Shown: positions 39,181 through 50,200 of the stretch, piece after piece
How positions within the stretch are numbered: position 1 is the stretch's first letter
Layout: every line of letters starts with the position of its first letter
Source: Deltaproteobacteria bacterium
GTDB lineage: Bacteria; JADJOY01
Length of the DNA stretch: 64,000 nt
Assembly: GCA_016713535.1 (NCBI GenBank)
Contig: JADJOY010000027.1
Coordinates: 141,026-205,025, forward strand
Direction: 5' to 3'
Made by a program: the position numbers and the translations under genes
The notes under the pieces: generated by a model
The model's database searches: none
What the model was told of the DNA's origin: nothing
Seen by the model: the letters and a program-made list of their open reading frames with translations, nothing else

Positions 39181-40512
39181 TCACGCATCGGCCTCGCCGA
39201 AGAGGCCGTTCGCGGGCGGCGCAGGCGGTGGCGGGCGGGTGACGCGCACCAGCTTCACCATCTTGTGGGTCGATTCCAGCACCTCGATCTCGTAGCCGTT
39301 CGGGGTACGCACCTGTACGCCGCACTCCGGGATCCGCCCCGCTAGCGAGATCGTGAGGCCGGCGACCGTGGTCCAGTCGTCGCTTTCGGGCAGATCGAGA
39401 TCGAAGTCGCGGTTGAGCTCGCGCACCGAGGCGTCGCCGCGCGTCACCAGCTTTCCCTCGTCGACGCGCTCGACCAGCGAGGTCGAGGGCTCGTCCCAGC
39501 TGAACATCTCGCCCACCAGCTCTTCGACCAGGTCCTCGAACGTCACGAGGCCACCGAGCCCGCCGTGCTCGTCGACCACCATCGCGATCGGGATACGCCG
39601 GCTCTGCAGGTCCTGGAGCACACGCACTGCCGGGGTCGATTCGGCGACGAAGAACGGCGGCCGGATCAGATCCTCGAGCACGACCAGCTCGCCCTCCCAC
39701 GCCACATAGAGCAGGTCCTTCGTGGTGATGTAGCCGACCACGTTGTCGAGGTCGCCATCGTAGATCGGCAGCCGAGAGTGGTGGGTCTCGAGGAGCGCGC
39801 GACGGATGTCGTCTTGCGAGGCGTCGCGCGCCAACGCGTGGATCCGGTTACGCGGGACCATGACGTCGATCGCGGCGAGATCCCCGAAACGCAAGGCGTG
39901 GGCGGCGATCTCGCCGGCCCGCTGGTCGACCGCGCCCACGGTGGTGGCCTCGACCACGAGCTGCTCGAGCTCCTCGCGCGAGAGCCGGGCTTCGGTGAAG
40001 CTCGTCGAGTCACCGAACGGCTTCAGCACCAGATTGCTGGAGCCAGTGAGGACCCGCACCAGCGGGCGCGCGAGCCAGGAGAGCAGCCGCATCGGACGGC
40101 CGATCGCGAGGGCGTAGCGCTCCCCTGCTCGCAACGCCAGGCTCTTGGGCACCAGCTCTCCGAGCACCACCGAGAGGTACGAGATCGAGGCGACCACGAT
40201 CACGAACCCGATCTCCTGCGCGTACGGGGCGAGCGCGGGGACGCGACCGACGAGCGCGGCGAAGTCGCCCTCCATCGAGGAACCGCCGAACGCCGCGGCC
40301 GAGGCACTCACCACCGTGATCGCGATCTGCACTGTCGCCAGAAAGCGCTCGGGGGCGTTCCGCAGCGCGAGGACCGAAGCCGCGGATCCGTGGCCTTCGT
40401 CCACGAGCTGTTTGAGGCGGGTCTTGCGGATCGAGAGGACCGCGATCTCGGCTCCGGCGAAGACCGCGTTGACCGCGATCAGGGCGAGGATGATCAGGAA
40501 CTCGACGAGCAT
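39181..40512 (-). CDS. CNNM/CorC-HlyC family transporter (DUF21-CBS pair-CorC_HlyC)
   Basis: 443 aa with N-terminal DUF21 TM helices, two CBS motifs and the C-terminal transporter-associated domain. Confidence 0.88.
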   Translation of the reverse strand: MLVEFLIILALIAVNAVFAGAEIAVLSIRKTRLKQLVDEGHGSAASVLALRNAPERFLATVQIAITVVSASAAAFGGSSMEGDFAALVGRVPALAPYAQEIGFVIVVASISYLSVVLGELVPKSLALRAGERYALAIGRPMRLLSWLARPLVRVLTGSSNLVLKPFGDSTSFTEARLSREELEQLVVEATTVGAVDQRAGEIAAHALRFGDLAAIDVMVPRNRIHALARDASQDDIRRALLETHHSRLPIYDGDLDNVVGYITTKDLLYVAWEGELVVLEDLIRPPFFVAESTPAVRVLQDLQSRRIPIAMVVDEHGGLGGLVTFEDLVEELVGEMFSWDEPSTSLVERVDEGKLVTRGDASVRELNRDFDLDLPESDDWTTVAGLTISLAGRIPECGVQVRTPNGYEIEVLESTHKMVKLVRVTRPPPPAPPANGLFGEADA

Positions 40513-40584
40513 GGGGACGGTCCGTCGCGCTGGGACGGAAGGAGGATAGCGCGCGGTCCGCGGCCGGTGATGCGCGACCGCCGC

Positions 40585-41763
40585 TCAGCCGGCGGCCTTG
40601 ACGGCCAGGCCGAGCAGCCCGGCCGCGGCGATGACCGCCGGCTCAGGCAGCTTCTTGAGCCGGGTCAGCGCAGCGAGGGTCCCACACGCGATCAGCACGG
40701 TCGGAACGTCGATCAGCGCCCTGCGCCCGAGAACGAAGGCGGCACCGGCGATCGCGCCCGACGCCGCGGCCGTCACGCCGTCGACGAACGCCTTGACGCG
40801 CGGGTCGTGCACCGAGCGCCTGAAGTAGCGCGCCGGGATCACGACCAGCAGGTAGCAGGGCAGGAAGGTACCCGCGGCCGCGACCACGGCGCCCAGCAAC
40901 CCCGCGACCAGGTAGCCGATGAACGCGACCGTGATCACCACCGGCCCGGGAGTGATCATCGCGACCGCAACCGCGTCGAGGAACTGGCGCTCGTCGAGCC
41001 ACCCGAACTCCTTGACCACACCCCCGTGGAGGAACGGCACGATCGCGAGGCCGCTCCCGAACACGAAGGCCCCGGCCGTCGTGAAGTAGACCGCGATCTT
41101 GCCGAGGGTCGCGGCGCTCGCGGCACCGGACAGGCCGGTGGTGAGCCCAACCAGCGGCAGCACGCCCGCCGCAACGGTCGCACGTGATGCCTTCGAGCGC
41201 ACGGCGAGCGTCACCAGGCCGCACCCCACGAACAGCACCACGCTCTCGGACTCCGTGGCAGCGGTCACGGCCGCGCACACCCCGAAGATCGCCCACAGCA
41301 GGCGGTCCTGCGCGAGCGTGGCGCGCATCAGCTTGTAGGCGCTCCGTCCCACGATCGCGATCACCGCGGCGCCGATCCCGTAGAACGCGCCCTGCATCCA
41401 GCCGATGCCGCCGTAGTGGACGTACACGACCGCGATCGCCAGCACCATGAAGAACGAGGGAAGCACGAACGCGAGCGCGACCAGCGTCGCGCCGAGGACA
41501 CCGTGGCGCAGCCAACCGAGGTAGATCGCGAGCTGCGCGGCGAGTGGTCCCGGCGCGAGCTGCGCGAGCGCCAGGCCCTCGCGGAAATCCTTCACCGAGA
41601 TCCAACCCCGGCTCTCGACGAGGTCGTGCTGCATGTACCCGACGAGCGCGATCGGCCCTCCGAAGCCAAAGGTGCCGAGTCGCAGGAAGTAGCCGAGCAG
41701 TTCGCGCAGCGAGTAACGCGCCTCCTCGCATGGTTCGGACGCGGCCGGGTCATGCGCTTCCAT
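40585..41763 (-). CDS. chrA: chromate ion transporter ChrA (CHR family)
   Basis: FLRLGTFGFGGPIALVGYM...QLAPGPLAAQLA is found in the first half and repeated as ...MITPGPVVITVAF... in the second half. This is the typical duplicated CHR architecture. Confidence 0.88.
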   Translation of the reverse strand: MEAHDPAASEPCEEARYSLRELLGYFLRLGTFGFGGPIALVGYMQHDLVESRGWISVKDFREGLALAQLAPGPLAAQLAIYLGWLRHGVLGATLVALAFVLPSFFMVLAIAVVYVHYGGIGWMQGAFYGIGAAVIAIVGRSAYKLMRATLAQDRLLWAIFGVCAAVTAATESESVVLFVGCGLVTLAVRSKASRATVAAGVLPLVGLTTGLSGAASAATLGKIAVYFTTAGAFVFGSGLAIVPFLHGGVVKEFGWLDERQFLDAVAVAMITPGPVVITVAFIGYLVAGLLGAVVAAAGTFLPCYLLVVIPARYFRRSVHDPRVKAFVDGVTAAASGAIAGAAFVLGRRALIDVPTVLIACGTLAALTRLKKLPEPAVIAAAGLLGLAVKAAG

Positions 41764-42769
41764 GCTCAGGTCTCCGTGAAGCCTCAGCCACCGCGGCGGC
41801 GGAAGCTCTCGAGCAGGGCCTCGAGCACGACGGCTCCGCGGCGCAGCCCGCGTCGTCGTCGCTCGTCGAACGGGTGATGCCGTCGAGCACTCGCTCGAGG
41901 CCGGGCACTTCGGGGCGTGCGACCTTGCCGTCGCGCAGGTCGAGCTCGTGAACGATGTGAGCGAGCGGCACCAGCGCCGGCTCGTCCAGGCCGAAGTCGC
42001 GTATCAGCACCTCGAAGGTGCAGAGCTCGCCGTCGTGGGTGAACTCCGCCTCGAACATGTCGAAGCGGACCTCTCCGGGCGCCCGGCGGTGGTCCGAGGA
42101 CCCCACGAACCGGAACCGGGCCTGCGGGTCGATGTGCGCGCGAACCAGCCAAGCGCTGGCGATCCGGTCGACGTGCACGCCCGCCCGCGTGACCCAGGTC
42201 CTGCCGCGATAGGCGGCTCGATCGACCCTGGACCCGGTTCCCGGCGCGCGAGGCGGGGTCACCGGCGCCAGCCGCCCCTCGATGTCGCGGAGCAGCCCGT
42301 CGACGGCCTCACGGCCGGGGGCTCCGAAGAAGTCGATCGACGCGACGTGCGTCGCGCGCCGTCTGAGACGCATCAGGGCGCTCTCGACGCGCGCGGCCAC
42401 CTCCGCGGGCAGTGCTCGACGCGCGCGCCGGTGACCGAGGCCGCGCAGCAGCGTTCGCGCCTCGTCCGCGAGCTCGCGGTAGTCGGCCTCTCGGGCGGAC
42501 ACGAACGCGGAGCGCAGGTGCGCGTCCGTCAGTCCGTCGACGAGGCGCGCCTCGACGACGGAGGCCTCGCCCCCGACGTCCACGATCTGTCGGCGAGTCC
42601 ACTCGAAGTCCTCTCGCGCCTGATCGCTGGCCGGGAGCGCGTAGACGGAGTTCTTGATCGCCACGGCACCGATCGACTGGAGGCGTCGCCACACCTTGAC
42701 CCGCACGTACGGCGGGCGCGGCGGGATCTGATGGATCAACAGCAGCCAGGGATCGCTCTCGGGCTTCAT
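41750..42769 (-). CDS. chrB: ChrB-like chromate resistance regulator protein (possible frame change near 41860)
   Basis: The N-terminal block WLLLIHQIPPRPPYVRVKVWRRLQSIGAVAIKNSVYALP and the C-terminal rhodanese-like part are typical for ChrB. The last ~30 aa look non-protein-like. An alternative frame (...GLRRGAVVLEALLESFRRRGG*) ends at 41784, just before the chrA ATG. Confidence 0.75.
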   Translation of the reverse strand: MKPESDPWLLLIHQIPPRPPYVRVKVWRRLQSIGAVAIKNSVYALPASDQAREDFEWTRRQIVDVGGEASVVEARLVDGLTDAHLRSAFVSAREADYRELADEARTLLRGLGHRRARRALPAEVAARVESALMRLRRRATHVASIDFFGAPGREAVDGLLRDIEGRLAPVTPPRAPGTGSRVDRAAYRGRTWVTRAGVHVDRIASAWLVRAHIDPQARFRFVGSSDHRRAPGEVRFDMFEAEFTHDGELCTFEVLIRDFGLDEPALVPLAHIVHELDLRDGKVARPEVPGLERVLDGITRSTSDDDAGCAAEPSCSRPCSRASAAAVAEASRRPEHGSA

Positions 42770-42941
42770 GCGCGCTGATGTAACAGCTGTATCTGAATGC
42801 TAGCAACTGAACTTACGCGGAAGGTGGCGCGTCGGCCGCGGCCCGCCGCGATCGGCACGCCGGCCCGACTCGCCGCACGGCGCAGGGCATCGACGACCCT
42901 ACTATTGACGATCGTAGCGGCGCCGCTTTACACCATCGCGA

Positions 42942-43337
42942 ATGCGCTCCTTTCGCGACGCGACTCGGGTCCTGGGCGCGCTCGAGGAGCGCGTCATGGA
43001 AGCGATGTGGAACGGCGGGCCTGCCTCCGTGCGGGAGCTGGCGAGCCGCCTTCCCGGTTCGGCGCTCGCGTACACCACGGTGATGACCACCCTGGACCGC
43101 CTGTTCAAGAAGGGTCTGCTCACCCGGGAGCGTGTCGGACAGGCGTTCGTCTACCGGGCCGCGCTCGACCGTGACGGGTACCGGCAGCGCTTGATCGAGG
43201 CCGCGGTCGGCGAGCTCGTCGACCGCGCGCCCGACGCGGTCCTCGCGGCCTTCGTCGACACCGCGGCGGCGCTGGACGAGCACAACCTGCTGCGCCTCGA
43301 GCGGCTGATCGCCGAGCGCAAGCGGAAGCCGAAGTGA
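42942..43337 (+). CDS. BlaI/MecI/CopY-family transcriptional repressor
   Basis: A 131-aa winged-helix repressor (LGALEERVMEAMWNGGPASVRELASRL...YTTVMTTLDRLFKKGLLTRERVGQAFVYRA). It lacks the C-terminal CxCx4CxC metal site of CopY. Confidence 0.85.
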   Translation: MRSFRDATRVLGALEERVMEAMWNGGPASVRELASRLPGSALAYTTVMTTLDRLFKKGLLTRERVGQAFVYRAALDRDGYRQRLIEAAVGELVDRAPDAVLAAFVDTAAALDEHNLLRLERLIAERKRKPK

Positions 43338-44338
43338 TGGAACCGGCGAGCCTGCTCCGTTTCGTGGCCATCGGCGCCGCCACGTGGCTCTCGGTCGCGG
43401 CGACCGTGGGGACCACGGTCCTGGTCCTGCGGCCGTGGCTGCGGCGGTTCGGCCCCAGCGTCGAGCGCGTCGCCGCGGCGACCGCCCTGGTGGCCGGCCC
43501 CGTCGTCGCGGTCGCGCTGGTCGGGTTGCTCGTGACCCACTCCGCGCTGGCGCCGCTCACCCCGGCCGGCGACCACTGCCTCGACCATCCGCACATCGCA
43601 CACCTGTGCCTGCGACACGCGGGCGCCGCGACCGGCGGAGTCACGATCGACCTGCTCGCGGTCGCTTCTCTGACCGCGGCGGTCTGGATCGCCGTCCGTA
43701 AGCGCCGCCGCGATCGCACCAAGGCCGCCGCGGTGAGCGCGCTCGCGCAGGCGGCATCGCCGCCGGTCGAGCTGCCCGGTGTGCAGGTCCTCCGCGTCGA
43801 TTCGGCGCAGCCGTTCTGCATCGTGACCGGACCGACGTCCCGTCCGCGCATCCTGGTGTCGACGGCTGCGTGGTCGGCCGTGAGCCCCGAGGAGCGCGAC
43901 GCGATGCTCGCCCACGAGCTCTCCCACGTCCGCCACGGCGATCTGAGCACGGTCACGGCTCTCGGCTGGTGTGCCGCGCTGGGTTTCCCCGGGATCGGTC
44001 GGCGCCTCCTGCAAGGCTGGCGGGACGCGAGCGAGCGCCTCGCCGACCGAGCCGCCGCGCGGTCGAGCAGCCCGTCCGCGGTCGCCGCCGCGCTGCTGGC
44101 CATCACGCGCGCCTCACGCGGACCCGCGCTGGCACTGCCCGCCCTGTCCTTCGCGTCTCCGGCCGAGTCCCTCGCGCGGCGCATCGAGGAGCTGCTCGAC
44201 CCGACCCCGGACTCGCCGTCGCTGGCGCGCCGCGCCTCCGTGGCGGTCTGGACGACCACCTGCGTCGGCCTGCTCCTCGCCGCACGGCACGCCGCGACCC
44301 TGCACCATCACCTCGAGCGCCTCCTCGGGACGGTCTGA
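43337..44338 (+). CDS. M56/M48-type (BlaR1-like) membrane metalloprotease
   Basis: The start overlaps the repressor stop (GTGATGG). TM segments and a zinc site HELSHVRHGD are present. An unusual loop AGDHCLDHPHIAHLCLRHAG lies between TM segments. Confidence 0.8.
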   Translation: MEPASLLRFVAIGAATWLSVAATVGTTVLVLRPWLRRFGPSVERVAAATALVAGPVVAVALVGLLVTHSALAPLTPAGDHCLDHPHIAHLCLRHAGAATGGVTIDLLAVASLTAAVWIAVRKRRRDRTKAAAVSALAQAASPPVELPGVQVLRVDSAQPFCIVTGPTSRPRILVSTAAWSAVSPEERDAMLAHELSHVRHGDLSTVTALGWCAALGFPGIGRRLLQGWRDASERLADRAAARSSSPSAVAAALLAITRASRGPALALPALSFASPAESLARRIEELLDPTPDSPSLARRASVAVWTTTCVGLLLAARHAATLHHHLERLLGTV

Positions 44339-44339
44339 C

Positions 44340-45603
44340 ATGGGATTCTCTCGAATCGGCTTGGTCGCTTGCGCGCTTGTACTATCGACGCTAGTAGCCG
44401 GCCGAAGCGCGCATGGAGCCGGCGCCTCCGCGTCACCAGCCGCGGTCACCCTCGGTGAGTTCGTGAGCCGATGGCGGTCCGCCGATCCACGGCTCGACGT
44501 CACGCGCGCTCGGGTGGAGGTGGCCCGCTCGGCCGCGACCGAGGCGTCGGCCTGGCCCAACCCGACACTGTCGTATCAGCGCGAAGAGGTCGAGGTCGGC
44601 AGCGAGACGTCCGTCGACGAGTTCGTCGAGGTCGGCATCCCGGTCTCGCTCTCGGGCCGGCGCGGGCTGCTCGGCGAGGCCGCGCACGAGGAGGCCGAGG
44701 CGGCCTCCTCGCCGCCGATCGGGCCGCGTGGCTGCTCGAGGCCGAGGCGCGCACCGCTTACTACGGCGCTGCACGCGCCCGCATGCGGCTCGAGGTCCTC
44801 TCCTCCGCCCGCGACCAGCTCGCCGACCTGGTCCGCGGCGCGCGCGAGCGCGTCGAGCAGGGCGACGCCGCGGCGCACGAGCTGATCCGGCTCGAGCTCG
44901 AGCAATCGGCCGTCGAACGAGTCGCCAGCGACGAGGCGTCGGCGCTCGCCGATTCCCGCCGCCACCTCGGACGTCTGGCCGGGCACCCCGAAGCGCCGCT
45001 CGACGCCGCGGACGATCTCACGCTGCCCGACCCGATTCCGGGCGCCGACGGCGAGCGCGCCGCGCCACCCCGGACGGGAGAGCTCGACGCCGCGTCGCGG
45101 AGCGTGCGCGCCGCCGAGCTGCGCGAGGGCGCCGCGCAACGGTGGTGGATCCCGATCTCGACGTCACCGGCGGCATCAAGGCGAGCCGGGTCGGCCGCGA
45201 GGACGACGTCGGCTACGTGGTCGGAGTGGCGCTCGAGCTGCCGTTGCTCGATCAGCGCGGCGCCGCGCGCGCGCGGGCCGCCAGCGAGCTCGTCATCGCC
45301 ACGGCCGAGCAGCGGACGCTCCGCGCCGAGGTCGCCTCCGATCTCGAGATCGCGCGCTCCCGGTTCCGGACGTCCGAGGAGCGCGCCCGCCAGCTCGTCA
45401 CGAGCGCGGCGCCGCGTGCCACCGCGCTCATCGACCAGGCGCGCCTGCGCTGGCGGGAGGGCGAAAGTCCGACCTTCGAGCTCGTCGATGCCTGGCGCAC
45501 GTTCGTCGACGTGAAGCTCGAGGTGATCGAGCGACTCCACGAGGCCCGGCTCGCCGAGCTGGCGCTCGCCACGGCGGGCGGGGCTCCGCTGGACACGAAG
45601 TGA
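44340..45603 (+). CDS. TolC/CzcC-like outer-membrane efflux protein (two apparent frameshifts, about 44704 and 45148)
   Basis: Three overlapping ORFs give one continuous OMP sequence: signal peptide MGFSRIGLVACALVLSTLVAG..., then ...AAHEEAEAA / LLAADRAAWLLEAEART..., then ...AAQRWW / DPDLDVTGGIKAS... and ...ELALATAGGAPLDTK. Confidence 0.8.
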
Positions 45604-45626
45604 CCCCATCCGAGAGGTGTCAGGCC

Positions 45627-47198
45627 ATGTCCTCCGTCTTGCTGATCGCGCTCACCTTGCTCCTCGCGTCGTGCGATCACGACCACGGCCATCCGCACCC
45701 GCACGAGCCGGACTCTGCCCACGGGCACGCCGACGACGAGGAGCGTCCGACGCTCTCGGTGACCGCCTGGAGCGACGACCTCGAGCTCTTCGCGGAGCTG
45801 CCCGCGCTGGTCGTCGGGGAGGAGTCTGCGTTCGCCGCGCACGTCACGGTGCTGGACGGCTTCCGCCCGGCGCGCGAAGGCGCGGTCACCGCGGAGCTAC
45901 GCGCCGCCGACGGCGTGCTGGTGGTCGGCACGGTGCGCGAGGTCGCGCGTCCGGGGATCTTCCGGCCGGCGCTCACTCCGCGCGTGGCGGGCCCGTGCGA
46001 GCTGCGGCTCGTGGTCGAGCACGGCGGAAGGCAGGAGTCCTTCGCGGTCCCCGACTGCAAGGTGTTCACGAGCCGGTCCGAGGCGCGCCAGGCGATCGCC
46101 GAGGACGAGCCCGCCGGGCGCATCACCTACCTCAAGGAGCAAGCGTGGGTCACCGAGTTCGGCACGCTCGCCGCGGCCGAACGCACGCTCGAGCCGAGCC
46201 TCCACGCGCACGGCGAGATCCGCCCCGTCGCCGCGCGCGAAGCCCAGATCGCGGCCCCGGTCGGTGGGCGCCTGCGCCTCGCGGACCCGCCACCCACCGT
46301 GGGCTCGCTCGCGGCCCAAGGTCAGGTCCTCGGCCACCTCGTGCCGTGGGTCGAGGGGACGGCGGGCCGGCGCTCGCTCGAGGCCGAGGTCGGCTCCGCG
46401 CGCGCCGAGCTCGACGCTGCTCGCGCCCAGCGCGAACGCGCCGACAGGCTCCACGGCGGCGGCACGGTTCCGCTGCGGCAGGTGGAGGAGGCCCGCGCGA
46501 GGGAGCGGGCCGCGGAGGCGGCGTGGGTGGCTGCCACCGGCCGCCTGGAGCAGTACCGCTCCGGCGTCTCGGGCAAGGCCGCGCAGGGCGGCTCGGAGAT
46601 CGAGATCCGCGCGCCGCTGACCGGCACGGTGGTCGCCGCGGCGGCGGTCTCCGGTCAGACGGTCGCGGCGGGCGAGGCGCTGTTCGGAATCGTCGACCTG
46701 TCCCGGGTGTGGGTGGTCGCGCGCGTGTTCGAGCCGGACATCCCGCGAGTGCTCGCGGCCCGGGACGCCTGGTTCACCGTGGCGGGGAACGCGGACGCGA
46801 TCCGCGTCGCCGAGCACGACGGACGGCGGGTCACGGTCGGCCACATCGTCGACCCCGCCAATCGCACCGTGCCGGTCGTCTTCGAGATCGCGAACCCCGG
46901 CGGCGCGCTCCGCATCGGACAGTTCGCCGAGGTCCATCTCGCGGTCGGCGACCCCGTGACCGCGGTGGCGATCCCCGAGGACGCGCTCCTCGACGATGGC
47001 GGGCGGCCGGTCGCCTACGTGCAGGTGGAGGGCGAATCCTTCGAGCGCAGACCGCTCAGGCTCGGCATCCGCGACCGAGGCTGGGTGCAGGTGGTCGAGG
47101 GCATCGCGAGCGGCGAGCGGGTCGTGACGCGCGGCGCCTACGAGGTGAAGCTCGCCGCGAGCAGCGGCTCCATCCCCGCTCACGGACACGCGCACTGA
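45627..47198 (+). CDS. efflux RND periplasmic adaptor (CzcB/CusB-like) with His-rich termini
   Basis: Lipoprotein-like start MSSVLLIALTLLLASC followed by DHDHGHPHPHEPDSAHGHADDEE. HlyD/MFP barrel-sandwich and beta-barrel regions are present. It ends IPAHGHAH. Confidence 0.85.
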   Translation: MSSVLLIALTLLLASCDHDHGHPHPHEPDSAHGHADDEERPTLSVTAWSDDLELFAELPALVVGEESAFAAHVTVLDGFRPAREGAVTAELRAADGVLVVGTVREVARPGIFRPALTPRVAGPCELRLVVEHGGRQESFAVPDCKVFTSRSEARQAIAEDEPAGRITYLKEQAWVTEFGTLAAAERTLEPSLHAHGEIRPVAAREAQIAAPVGGRLRLADPPPTVGSLAAQGQVLGHLVPWVEGTAGRRSLEAEVGSARAELDAARAQRERADRLHGGGTVPLRQVEEARARERAAEAAWVAATGRLEQYRSGVSGKAAQGGSEIEIRAPLTGTVVAAAAVSGQTVAAGEALFGIVDLSRVWVVARVFEPDIPRVLAARDAWFTVAGNADAIRVAEHDGRRVTVGHIVDPANRTVPVVFEIANPGGALRIGQFAEVHLAVGDPVTAVAIPEDALLDDGGRPVAYVQVEGESFERRPLRLGIRDRGWVQVVEGIASGERVVTRGAYEVKLAASSGSIPAHGHAH

Positions 47199-47200
47199 CC

Positions 47201-50200
47201 ATGGACCGCGTGATCCTCTGGTCGATCCAGAATCGGCTCTTCGTCGTCGTCGCCGCGCTCGCGCTCACCGTCTACGGGGCGATCACGGCCTCCCGCATGC
47301 CGGTCGACGTGTTCCCGGACCTCACCGCGCCCACGGTCACGGTGGTCACCGAGGCCCACGGGCTGGCACCCCAGGAGGTCGAGACGCTGGTGACGTTCCC
47401 GATCGAGTCGGCGGTCAACGGCGCCACCTCGGTTCGGCGGGTTCGATCCGCCTCGGGGATCGGGATCTCGGTGGTGTGGGTCGAGTTCGACTGGGGCACC
47501 GACATCTACGTCGGGCGCCAGATCGTCAACGAGAAGCTGCAGGTCGTCGCGAGCCAGATTCCCCCGGACATTCCGCCGCCCACGCTCGCGCCGATCTCCT
47601 CGATCATGGGCGAGATCCAGTTCATCGCCGTGACGAGCGAACGGCACGACCCGCTCGCGCTCCGCGAGACCGCGGACTGGGTGATCCGCAAGCGCCTCCT
47701 CGCCATACCGGGTGTCGCGCAGGTGGTCCCGATCGGCGGCGAGGTCAAGCAGTTCCAGGTGGTCGTGCAGCCGGAACAGCTCGCTCGCTTCGCGCTCTCG
47801 CTCGCCGACGTCATGGCCGCGCTCGAGGGTGCGAGCCAGAACGCGACCGGCGGTTTCCTCGTCCGAGGCTCCCAGGAGCAGCTCATCCGCGCCGTCGGTC
47901 GCGCGACGTCGATGCGCGACCTCGAGCGCACCGTCGTCGCGGTGCGGGATGGAGTGCCGATCCTCGTCGAGCACCTCGCGAGAGTCGAGGTGGGCGCGGG
48001 GCTCAAGCGCGGGACGGGCTCCGCCAACGCCAAGCCCGCGGTGGTGATGGCGATCCTCAAGCAGCCGGCGGTCAACACCCTGGCGCTCAGCGAGGCGATC
48101 GAGCGTGAGGTCGCCGCGATGTCCAGCAGGCTGCCCGACGGGATGCGGATCGACACCGAGCTCTTCCGCCAGGCGGATTTCATCACCACCGCCGTCGAGA
48201 ACGTCGGCGAGGCGCTGCGCGACGGCGCCATCCTGGTCGCGATCATCTTGTTCCTCTTCCTGTTCAACGTGCGCGCCACGCTGATCTCGCTCGCGGCGCT
48301 GCCGCTCTCGCTGCTCGCGGCCGCGCTGGCGCTGAAGGCGCTCGGCGTCACGATCAACACCATGACCCTCGGCGGGCTGACGATCGCGATCGGTGCCCTG
48401 GTCGACGACGCGATCATCGACGTCGAGAACATCGTGCGCCGCATGCGCGAGGCGCGGAGCCGCGGTGGCGACGAGACGGGCGGCGCGCTGCGGGTGATCT
48501 ACGAAGCCTCGCGCGAGGTCCGCGCCTCGATCGTGTTCGCGACGGTGATCGTGATGCTCGTCTTCGTCCCGGTGTTCTTCCTGGGCGGAGTCGAGGGGCG
48601 CATGCTGGTGCCGCTCGGGTTCGCGTACCTGGTCGCCATCTTCGCGTCCCTGGTGGTCGCGCTCACGGTCACCCCGGCGCTGTGCGCGTATCTCCTGCCG
48701 GGAGCGCGCTCGCTCGATCACCCGGAGTCCGGGCTCGTGCGTTTCCTGAAGCGACTCTACCGGCCCTCGCTGGGCATCGCGCTGGCCCGGCCGTGGCTGG
48801 TGATCGGCCCGTCGGCCGCGTTGCTGGCCGCTTCGGTCGCGGTGGTGCCTTTCCTCGGCACCACGTTCCTGCCCGAGTTCAACGAGGGCGCGTTGACGAT
48901 CAGCGCGGTCACGCTGCCCGGGACGTCGCTCGAGACATCGGACCGTCTGGGCCGGCGGGTCGAGGAGATCCTCCTCACCCATCCCGAGGTCGTGGCGACC
49001 GACCGCCGCACCGGGCGCGCCGAGCTCGACGAGCACGCCCAGGACGTCAACGCGTCCGAGATCGACGTCCGCCTGCGCCGCACCGACCGGCCGCACCACG
49101 AGTTCCTGAGCGCGTTGCGCGCCGACCTGTCGGCCGTCCCGGGGGTGGTGATCACCCTCGGCCAGCCGATATCGCACCGCATCGACCACATGCTGTCGGG
49201 AACCCGGGCCAGCATCGCGGTCAAGCTCTTCGGCCCGGACCTGGCCCAGCTCCGCAGCACCGCCGAGCAGGTCCGCGGGGTGATGGCGAAGGTCGACGGC
49301 GCGGTCGACGTATCCGTCGAGCAGCAGGTCGACCTCCCTCAGCTCGCCGTGGTCTTCGATCGCGACCGGATGGCTCGCTATGGCTTGCGCGCCGGCGACC
49401 TCGCCGAGCTCGTCGAAGCAGCCTACGCGGGGCACACGGTCACCCAGGTGATCGAGCAGGAGCGGACCTACGACGTGGTGGTCCGCTACCCGGCGAGCAC
49501 GCGCGCGGACCTCGGCTCGATCGCGACCACGCTCGTCGACACGCCGGTGGGCGCCAAGATCCCCCTCGAGATGATCGCGGACGTGCGCCCGGACGTCGGT
49601 CCCAATCTCATCTCGCGCGAGAACGCCCAGCGCAAGCTGGTCGTGATGGCCAACGTGAGCGGGCGCGACCTGGGCGGCGTCATCGCCGACATCCAGGCCG
49701 GGGTGGCGCGGGACGTCAGCCTTCCCCCCGGGTACCACATCGTCTACGGCGGGCAGTTCGAGAGCCAGCAAGAGGCGACCCGGACGCTCGTGCTCCTCGG
49801 CGCGTTCGTGGTGGCCGCGATCTTCCTCCTCCTCTACCTGGCCTTCCGCAGCGCACGCAGCGCCGCTCTGGTGATGGTGAACTTGCCGCTGGCGCTGATC
49901 GGCGGCGTCATGGCGGTCGCGCTCACCGGTGGCGTGCTCAGCATCGGCTCGCTGGTGGGGTTCATCACGTTGTTCGGCATCGCCACGCGCAACGGGATCC
50001 TGATGATCTCCCACTACGACCATCTGCGCGAGCACGAAGGAGCGTCGTTCGACGAGGCAATTCGCCGCGGGTCCGAGGAGCGCCTGTCGCCGGTGTTGAT
50101 GACGGCGCTGTGCGCGGGTCTGGCGCTGATCCCGCTGGTGGTCGCGGGCGGCGAACCGGGTAACGAGATCCAGGCGCCCATGGGAGTCGTGATCCTCGGC

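Noticed and set aside
45617-47200. The N-terminal 528 aa of the 1559-aa ORF 45617..50296
   Set aside because: This part overlaps the adaptor gene out of frame and is Arg/Gly/Ala-rich nonsense. CusA/CzcA homology starts at MDRVILWS (47201).
47180-50035. A 951-aa antisense ORF opposite the RND pump; similar shadow ORFs at 6225..8021, 1455..2606, 25056..26996, 29987..32092, 51667..53976 and 53646..55226
   Set aside because: These are typical stop-free antisense frames of ~70% GC genes. Their composition is dominated by Arg/Ala/Gly/Asp/His, there is no family resemblance, and the opposite strand carries strongly supported genes.
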